From Mytilus trossulus (lineage: Eukaryota): a stretch of 64,000 nt of DNA. Below the pieces are notes generated by a model. That model was not told where the DNA came from. It saw only the letters and a program-made list of their open reading frames with translations, and made no database searches. A program made the position numbers and the translations under genes. Where the stretch lies: contig NC_086384.1 of the NCBI RefSeq assembly GCF_036588685.1, forward strand, positions 17,050,001 through 17,114,000, in the 5' to 3' direction. This document shows, in pieces, positions 1 through 8,800 of the stretch. The first letter of the stretch is position 1. Each line of letters starts with the position of its first letter.

Positions 1-620
1 TGATTTGTTGAATTCTGTCTGGTCAAATAAACATAAAATATATATTATGCAGGCATGTACTTTATTTCCCTTTAAATCTATTGACCGGAATTTATGTAAT
101 ACATTTTTGATATTCCGAAACAGGAATGTAATAATCATACCGATGAATTTTCTATGAGTCTCTTTAAATATAATCGATTTCAGATAAAAATACGTGAAAT
201 AAAGCCCTTTCGACGTCATAATGTAACAAAGTAAAAATAAAAATTGAAAGAATTTGACAGACGAAAAAATGTCGATTGAATATCGTATTGTTTGTATTAG
301 ACGTATTCGATGGATGATACTACACACATATAATACAATGATACAGGTAATTTGAGGAGAAAGGCTATTGATAATGTAGGTCTTGTGTCAACAATTAACG
401 TTGAATATATCATACATGTACATATAAAGAGCATTAGGGTGATTTTATATAATAGTAATAAAGGTAATTCAAATATGTTTAACGAGGTGATAATTCGGTC
501 GACTCACTTATAAAAGAAGACAAGCCGATGTACTTAATATAAAGATTGTCAATGAAAGCATGAGTTCGAACATCAATCAACTCTGTTGATAAAACATGCA
601 CTACTTATAAATTCATTTTA

Positions 621-971
621 GATTTTAACGAGAGAAATTGATGCATTACTGAAAAATTATTACACCAGGGTTTTCGATATCACAAACTAGTCAAAACATT
701 TACTAAATTTTATCATCGGTACAAAGACATCATTCGTAAATTTAGCTCAACATGCAGACTTCTTATACGTTCAGGTATTTCACATCCATTTTTTTATGGA
801 AATATTCTTTATAAAGCACAAAGGTGTCAGTATTCACCTCAGAAACTTACAAAACCTTTGAATAGACTTATTAAGAAGGGATATAATTACGAAACTGTTG
901 TCAAGTCATTAAAGATTGCATATTTTGGCGTTAATATTGAGTCACTGATAAGGTCTTTGCGTCGGAACTAA
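621..971 (+). pseudogene. C-terminal fragment of a PLE reverse transcriptase ORF (one in-frame TGA at 639-641)
   Basis: 116 codons in one frame ending TAA at 969-971; contains a KLLHQGFRYHKL motif typical of invertebrate PLE RT C-termini. Confidence 0.7.
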
Positions 972-1020
972 ACACATTTATTCTAAAACAGTTGTTGGCA
1001 TGACACGGGTTATGTTCTTC

Positions 1021-1087
1021 TCATATATGTTATGATGGTATGATACTAAACCCCTAACGGGAAGGATTGTGTCTGATGTTCATATGA
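1021..1087 (+). promoter_or_regulatory. Type II SECIS element in the retroelement 3' UTR
   Basis: Helix I UCAUAU/AUAUGA; core AUGAU (1032)...UGAU (1074); 11-position helix II GGUAUGAUACU/AGGAUUGUGUC with one mismatch; AAA bulge; mini-stem CCC-CUAAC-GGG. Starts 50 nt after the ORF stop. Confidence 0.8.
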
Positions 1088-1282
1088 TGAAATCATAATC
1101 TTTCAGTCAGTTTAATTGAAGTCTGGAGCTGGCATGTCAGTTAACTGCGAGTAGTCTGTTGTTATTTATGTATTATTGTCATTTTGTTTATTTTCTTTGG
1201 TTACATCTTCTGACATCAGAATCGGACTTCTCTTGAACTGAATTTTAATGTACGTATTGTTATGCGTTTACTTTTCTACATT

Positions 1283-1373
1283 GGTTAGAGGTATAGGGGG
1301 AGGGTTGAGATCTCACAAACATGTTTAACCCAGCCGCATTTTTGCGCCTGTCCCAAGTCAGGAGCCTCTGGCC
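1283..1373 (+). ncRNA. P5-type twister-like ribozyme (P2 has one mismatch)
   Basis: GGUUAGAGGU/GCCUCUGGCC closing stem; GGGG-GAGGG ... UAA-CCCA-GC-P3(CGCA UUUU UGCG)-CCUG-UCCCAAGU-CAGG; predicted cut U1326/A1327. Confidence 0.65.
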
Positions 1374-1572
1374 TTTGTTAGTCTTGTATTATTTTAATTT
1401 TAGTTTCTTGTGTACAATTTGGAAATTCGTATGGCGTTCAATAACTCTGAACTAGTATATATTTGTTTAGGGGCCAGCTGAAGGACGTCTCCGGGTGCGG
1501 GAATTTCTCGCTACATTGAAGACCTGTTGGTGACCTTCTGCTGTTGTTTTTTTATTTGGTCGGGTTGTTGTC

Positions 1573-1700
1573 TCTTTGACACATTCCCAATTTTCTTTCT
1601 CAATTTTATTAGTTAATTTTGTTGTATGCTTTTATCTTTGACACATTCCCAATTTTCTTTCTCAATTTTATTAGTTAATTCTGTTGTATGCTTTTATCTT
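1573..1700. repeat. 62-bp tandem duplication spanning the 3' junction of the PLE copy
   Basis: tctttgacacattcccaattttctttctcaattttattagttaatt(t/c)tgttgtatgctttta occurs at 1573 and 1635. Confidence 0.85.
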
Positions 1701-2594
1701 CTATCAGTATTGTTGCATAAACCGTTAGATAGATATATGAAAATGTAGTATGAGTCCCCATGAGACAACCCTCAATAGGGAATCCTAATCATGTTTTGTT
1801 CCCTTTTATCCCTGCTCCAGTAAATTATTTTGCTGCTGGTAGTTGGATTTTTTAGTGTTTTTTTTTAATTTTACGCTACATGGTTTTAAAATGTCAAAAA
1901 AGATTTCAGCACACGTGTCGACTTACAAACCTCCCCACATAAAGGTTTCACGAGTACCATTTAATATATATATGGATTGAATCAATAAATATAGCAATGC
2001 TTTAATGAAGTAGTTGTTGATTAAATCTGTTTTTTCAACAATTGAAATAATAAGATCGCAAAGAGACTTGTTTGCTATGTATAGTCAGTTTAACACCAGT
2101 GTAAAATTGCGCTATTTATATCATTTTTATAGATAATAATAATTTACACCATTTTAAAAGCAAAAGAAGGGAGGAGTGATTCTTTTTTGGTTCTATATTT
2201 ATATATAACCATTTTTAAAGTTATTTGTACAACTGAAATCAAATATCTTTATAAAACCGACATATTATATCAATATACGTGGCATTATATGTAAATGCTT
2301 ATCCTGTATTTATTAAGATCAATTCTTTAATCTTAAGTTCCTGAAAGAACCCCTCATCGCAAGTACTGATAACTGTTATTTTTTTAATACCATGGTGTAA
2401 GTAAGATATGTGTCATCGGTGGTATATATAATACCACACACCAATTAGTATGACCTCGAAATAGACTTCTTACATGTACCACTCGTTCCTTTGGACGATG
2501 ACGTTTGATGTTGTCACTATTCATGGAAATCCCTTTTATGACTTTAGTATGGATATCTGTATAATGCTTATATTAGGACTTGTTTTATTCATTA

Positions 2595-2646
2595 ATTTTT
2601 AGGTTTAGCAAATGTTTAACAACAATGACCTCTAACTGTACAGAGT
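2595..2646 (+). pseudogene. Degenerate partial duplicate of the acceptor and start of the first visible scramblase exon
   Basis: tttttag/gtttagcaaatgtttaacaacaatgacctctaactgtacagagt versus real exon ttttaag/gtttagcaaatgttcaacagcaatgggctccagctgtacagagt; contains in-frame stops. Confidence 0.75.
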
Positions 2647-2724
2647 TACGTTTGTTGATTACTTTATAAATTTGGTTTGGATTTCTTTATTTTTAGTTTC
2701 TTTTTTTATACATTTATTTTTAAG

Positions 2725-2850
2725 GTTTAGCAAATGTTCAACAGCAATGGGCTCCAGCTGTACAGAGTATGCCCGGGTGTCCCCCAGGTTTAGAATACCT
2801 CACAACATTAGATCAAGTGTTAATCAAACAACAAATTGAACTTTTAGAAG
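2725..2850 (+). CDS. PLSCR: Scramblase coding exon A
   Basis: taag/ ... GAAG/gtaaat; CPPGLEYL motif. Confidence 0.9.
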
Positions 2851-5800
2851 GTAAATTTATTTCGTTCGTGACTATCAGAGTTTTAATATATATATTTAAA
2901 TATGTAAAGTATGAGAAGTCCTTTGCCAGAAATAAACATGATGTCACTTGTAATGTAAAATGATATTCAATATTTTTTTCATTTAAATACACTATCATAA
3001 TGGAAAGGGATCAAGAAAAAAGTCTTACTCAATAAAGAAATCGACCGTAGATCTCTTTAGACTATTGATTCTGTTAATGCTAAAGTTTAGAGTTTCTTCC
3101 AGTGATAGAAAAATAAGAATGTTTGAATTGTAAGAATGTTATTGCCAATAAGATAAATGTTCACCTGAGATCAAACGACGATTACAGCTATAGGTTATCG
3201 TACGGTTTTTAACAATGATCAAAAATCCATATCGCATAGCTATGCACAAAAAGACCCAAAATGATAATGTATAACACTACAAACTTGAAAACTAACAGTC
3301 TGCTTTGAGTACTAACAGTGAACGAAAACAAATATGATAAACAACAACAAATGACAGCTTCTGAAATGCATGCTCCTGACTAGGGACAGGCACATGTATA
3401 ATATGGGCGGGTTTAACATGCTTGTTAGCTTCCACTAGACATTGAAAAGTGTTGCAGGAAAATAACACAAGAACAGACTGTACATTGACCTATAATGGTT
3501 TACCTTTTTAAATTGTTATTTGGATGTAGAGTTGTCTCACACCACATCTTCCTATATCTATGTAAACGACAATAAACCAAAGTGAAATATGATAAGCAGT
3601 ATGTTCAGTTATTTTCGTTTTTATTGCAGCATTTACAGGCTGGGAACAAAACAACAAATACAAAGTAATGAACAATCAAGGACAACAAGTTTATTTTGCA
3701 GCAGAAGGTATTCTATAAAATGTTTTAGATATTGCGTTTGGTATTGTATTGCAAACTAAAGATTGTGCATACAATATGCAATGAAAAAAACAGTCTGTGC
3801 TACAATATACAAAGGTTTAATTATATCCCAGAAAATTTAAAGACGTTATTAAAACAACTTTTAATCTGGTAAGGCTTACACATTTTCTGTAATGCCACAA
3901 AAGACAGTGTGGTATATCGAATGATTATGTTTTTTTTTGCCAATAGTATAATTACATGTAGGTACTGTCAACTTGTCTTAAAATTCTTAAGATAAGTGTA
4001 TAATTAACCATTTTGAATGGTAAGAGTGTTATATATCTTTCATTAAGGAAAATGTCTTTACAGACCTGTTGACATGGTTCGATATTTTATATAAAAAAAA
4101 CTATATATATATATATATATATGCAGGCGATTTGGTGTCACGATATCACAGTAGCATGGGTTCGAATCCCGGCGAGGGAAGAACCAAAAATTTGCCAAAG
4201 CAAATTTACAGATCTAACATTGTTAGGTTGATGTTTAGACGAGTTGTATATACAGTATGTACACAGCTATGTATCACCATCATTGATGGCGATCCGATGG
4301 ATACATCTGTTGTAGAGTTGTCACTGACTCCGACGTACTTACAAATATAATTATTTTTTTCTGTGACTGTATCTTACATTAATTTGTAGGATCCTTTACT
4401 ATAGATAATATAGCTGATCTGTAACAATAACATCTTCATGCCTCATATATCATGTACTGTAGTACGCCGCTAGATTAAAACTGACGTGGAAAGGTAACAC
4501 ACGGCCAGCGAAAGCTCTATTATTGTAGAGCCCAGGTGGTCATGTGGTCTAGCGGGACTGCTGCAGTGCAGGCGATTTGGTGTCACGATATCACAGTAAC
4601 ATGGGTTCGAATCCCGGCGAGGGAAGAACCAAAAATTTGCGAAAGCAAATTTACAGATCTAACATTGTTGGGTTGATGTTTAGACGAGTTGAATATATAT
4701 ATATATATAACAAAATAATAACGCAGATTTCAAGAAATCAGCACTTATTTCAAAATATCCTGAATCAGTAATTTAACTGATTCGATACATTAAGTAATTT
4801 GTTAGGTACAATACAATGATTTTCCCTTTTTCCTAACATTAGTTTTGACTTGTAAATTTGTTTATAGAATTTAACTTGGATAAAGATATGTCTCATTGAC
4901 ACTCTTCCTTGTCTTCATATTAATATCAACGTTAACGTTTGAATTATATATTGTATATGTGTGTCTTTTATCTTTAAATGTTTACACAACTAAACAAACA
5001 AACAAATCGTCTTTAAACAAATTTCAATTAATTACCGTCATTAAAACGTTTACAGAATGGACATATGAATTGGTCAAAATTTTACTAAATTTGATCACAC
5101 ATATATAGATTTATCGTGGACTTATGATTTCTATATAGAAATGTAATTCAAAAGGGGGAGGATTACGGTCTTTTGTTTATGCAGCTGGTTAATTTAGGAA
5201 TTACCCTACACATATGTCTACTCGTTGTAACGGAGTTATTAATAAATAGTTATAATACTGTTGATAAATCTGTTTGTCCCATAATTTTTAGGATGAATAT
5301 CAATTTGCCTTTTTATAGTTTGAAGCAATACTAAAATTTTCATTGTTTTGTCTTCAAAATAGGATCAATGACAGAAGTGAATATTCCAAATTTTCTATTG
5401 TTATCTTTCCATTTCTTAGTAGTAACATGCACTATGGTGTATTGTTTTGTTCTTGCCTATCCCAATTAATACCACAAGTTCGTGTTCACATTATATATTT
5501 CAATGAGGACATGTTTTTAGTCAACGCTTTTGCTTTGTTTTGTTATTTTAACTTTTTAACTATTTAAATATCAAATGACAAAACTACTGTTAATATAAGC
5601 GCAAATGGTTGCATTTACTATTCAATTTCATCCAAAACCGAAGTGTATTGAGGAATGCAAATTACTTTACGCTTCATAAATTCTCAGTTCTATATTGAAG
5701 CAGCCCCAGAATTATAAACTTGAACTTAATAATAAACAACACAGTTTAAATCTTCATTCGTGTTCTTTGTATTTATTGTTTTGTTTGAACACAATGGCAT

Positions 5801-8800
5801 GTTTTCAAAATATGTAAAAGAAATTATATCTTTTAAATATAAAGGATCAAATCAAATTTGAGAAACAATAACTTAGTATTTTATGATATAACGACTTATA
5901 ATTATTGACGTTAATTTATAATTTATAAGCTTATCCACGTTGAAACCAACTTTTCCATTTTGCACATGTCAGCTTTAAGACGTTTTATTAGTTTCACGTG
6001 GCTTTATATCGCCTTGATCCCTCTAGAGAATGTTTGCCAAAGTTGTTAAAAGTTTGACTTTCAGATTAAAATGTCATTAAAATCGTATAGACTATATTTT
6101 AAAGGTTAATATAATTGTTGCATGCTCTATTCTAAAAGGCAAAATGAAAGTAGTCTAAAATCACATTTAACGTTTCATGCAAAATATGAAAGCCACTTGT
6201 CTTCATTGCACTTTAAATTAGCCGAAAAGATAAACAGCATTCTCTTTTAAAATAAAAAAACGAAGAATACTAGTAGAACTAAATAAATTTAAAATTGCAA
6301 AAGTCTTATAGGATTTATAATACCTTTCATATTTTAAGTTTACTTTAATGTTGTATATAAAGAATTGAATCACTCTATTTTCCTCACTTATATATAGCTG
6401 TGAAAATTGGGGTTTCTTTGCAAAATTGTAACTATCAAGACCATTAAATGATTATTTATAATTCTAGAAAAATACTGTTTAATATCTATTTGATGTTTCT
6501 CATTTCATACCAAAGATCAGCCCTGATTTTTAGTGGGAGTTCATGTTTTCTATGTAATTCATACTGTTGTGTGTCGTTTGGTCGTTTGTTAATTTTTTAC
6601 GGCTATTTTCTACTTTTCTAATGTCCTATCGGTATCTGTTGCCTCTTTTCAAAACACATTCCGTTTCAGTTTTGCATAAATGAAATTAATGTCCACACAT
6701 TATAGTTATCTTGTCTATGTTTTCAGATACAGACATGTGCATGAGACAGTGTTGTGGGCCTCAAAGAAGTTTTGTGATACACATAACAGACAACATGAAC
6801 CAGGCAAGTATCAATCTCTGGCGCAGAATTCATATCCGTTCCATAAAATTGAGAATGGAAATGGGGAATGTGTCAAAGAGACAACAACCCAACCAAATAA
6901 AAAAATCAACAGCAGAAGGTCACCAACAGGTCTTCAATGTGGCGAGAAATTCCCGCACCCGGAGGCGTCCTTCAGCTGGCCCCTAAACAAATATATACTA
7001 GTTCAGTGATAATGAACGCCATACTAATTTCCAAACTGTACACACGAAACTAAAATTAAAATAATACAAGACTAACAAAGACCAGAGGCTCCTGACTTGG
7101 GACAGGCGTAACAATGCGGCGGGGGTAAACATACCTGCTTCCCAATACTGCACTTAATATGACGTCATTGTGTGTGTAGTGTTACAAAGTATTGAACGGA
7201 ACGTATATGATTTCTCTGCTCAGGAGATTTGAATTACATACCAAGAGCATAACAATGTAGAAGTTTGTTTTCATGTAAAACATCTGAAAGCTTTGTGTGT
7301 ACTATTAATGCAATCTTATTATTTTTATTTTTAATTTTGACGTCACGTGTCCGCAATGGTTGACCACAAAGGACTACTGGGTTTGTTATGTAACATCAAA
7401 AGGTTGAGTTTGTCAAAATCTCTTGACAAGTATCCCAAAATCTTAGGTCGAGTGTTTTTTTTTATTTAAAGGTCGTGATCTTAAAGCTTTGACTTTAGAT
7501 TACTATTTATTGATAATAAACTTGAAATCTTTGTAACTATACTCACTTATAGGGTCTTTGCATCGGAACTAAACACATTTATTCAAAAACCAGTTGTTGG
7601 CATGACACGGGTTAATTTCTTCTCATATATGTTATGATGATATGATAATAAACCCCTAACGGGAAGGATTGTGCCTGATATTCATATGATGAAATCATAA
7701 TCCTTCAATTAGTTTAATTGAAATCTGGAGTTGGCATGTCAGTTAACTGCGAGTAGTCTGTTGTTATTTATGTATAATTGTCATTTTGTTTATTTTCTTT
7801 GGTTACATCTTCTGACATCAGACTCGAATTGATATTTAAATGAACGTATTTTTATGCGTTTACTTTTCTACATTGGCTAGAGATATAGGGGGAGGGTTGA
7901 GATCTCATCAACATGTTTAACCCCGCCGCATTTTTGCGCCTGTCCCAAGTCAGGAGCCTCTGGTCATTGTTAGTCTTGTGTTATTTTAATTTTAGTTTCT
8001 TGTGTACAATTTGGAAATTAGTATGGCGTTCATTATCACTGAACTAGTATGATTTGTTAAGGGGCCAGCTGAGGGATGCCTCCAGGTGAGGGAATTTATC
8101 GTTACATTGCAGACCTGTTGGTGACCTTCTGCTGTTGTTTTTTTCTATGGTCAGGTTGTTGTCTCGTTGATACATTCCCCATTTCTTTTCTCAATTTTAT
8201 CAATTCAATTAAAAGTCAAGTATAACATTCAAATGAAATGAGAAATAAAAAAAACAGGCCTCATGTTTTATGGTTTTTGACTCTTTACCATTTGTTTTTG
8301 ACAGGAAGTAATTCGTCTGTCTAGGGACTTTAAGTGTTGTGCCGGATGTTGTTGGTGTGCAAACGCTGATGGATGCGCACATGAGGTTGTGATCGAAGCT
8401 CCTGTTGGACAGGTAGTTGGATACGCAAGACAAGAGTAAGTATAATACTTCAAAAACAGATACGAAATCTCTACATATTATGGAAACATTCTTTAAACTG
8501 ATATGATTCTAAACGATGTTTAACAGAACATTTTTATAAATAAACTCATCATAGATACCAGGACTAAATTTTATATATACGCCAGACAGGCGTTTCGTCT
8601 ACAAACGACTCATCAGTGACGCTCGAATCCAAAAAAGTTTTAAAAAAGCAAAATAAAGTACGAAGTTAAAGAGCATTGAGATCAAATTTCTTAAAAGTGT
8701 TGCCAAATACAGCTAAGGTAATCTATGCCTGAGATAGAAAAGCCTTAGTATTTAAAAAAAAAAAAAAAAAACAATATTGATAAATCTTTAATCAAAATCT

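Larger units (their letters stand above)
616..1608 (+). mobile_element. 5'-truncated Penelope-like retroelement (Naiad-like): RT C-terminus plus 3' UTR/pseudo-LTR
   Basis: Frame 621-971 reads DFNERN*CITEKLLHQGFRYHKLVKTFTKFYHRYKDII...SLRRN*, resembling the PLE RT thumb/C-terminus with no GIY-YIG after it. The ~640 bp 3' region is repeated at 7542-8198 (+), 6845-7132 (-) and 36470-36625 (-). Confidence 0.75.
7542..8198 (+). mobile_element. 5'-truncated copy of the Naiad-like element 3' UTR
   Basis: Colinear and highly similar to 942-1608. Confidence 0.85.

Noticed and set aside
2389-2402. accATGGT/gtaagt as the scramblase start exon
   Set aside because: A phase 2 donor does not match the phase 1 acceptor of exon A; it could only be a UTR exon.
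4530-4623. Functional tRNA gene
   Set aside because: A and B boxes are present, but I could not fold a proper acceptor stem or anticodon arm; it is part of a repeat.
6680-7009. Short ORFs such as 6680-7009, 36453-36776, 4069-4350, 29946-30185, 44567-44929 and 56529-56915
   Set aside because: They run through repeats or AT-rich DNA with no recognisable domains.
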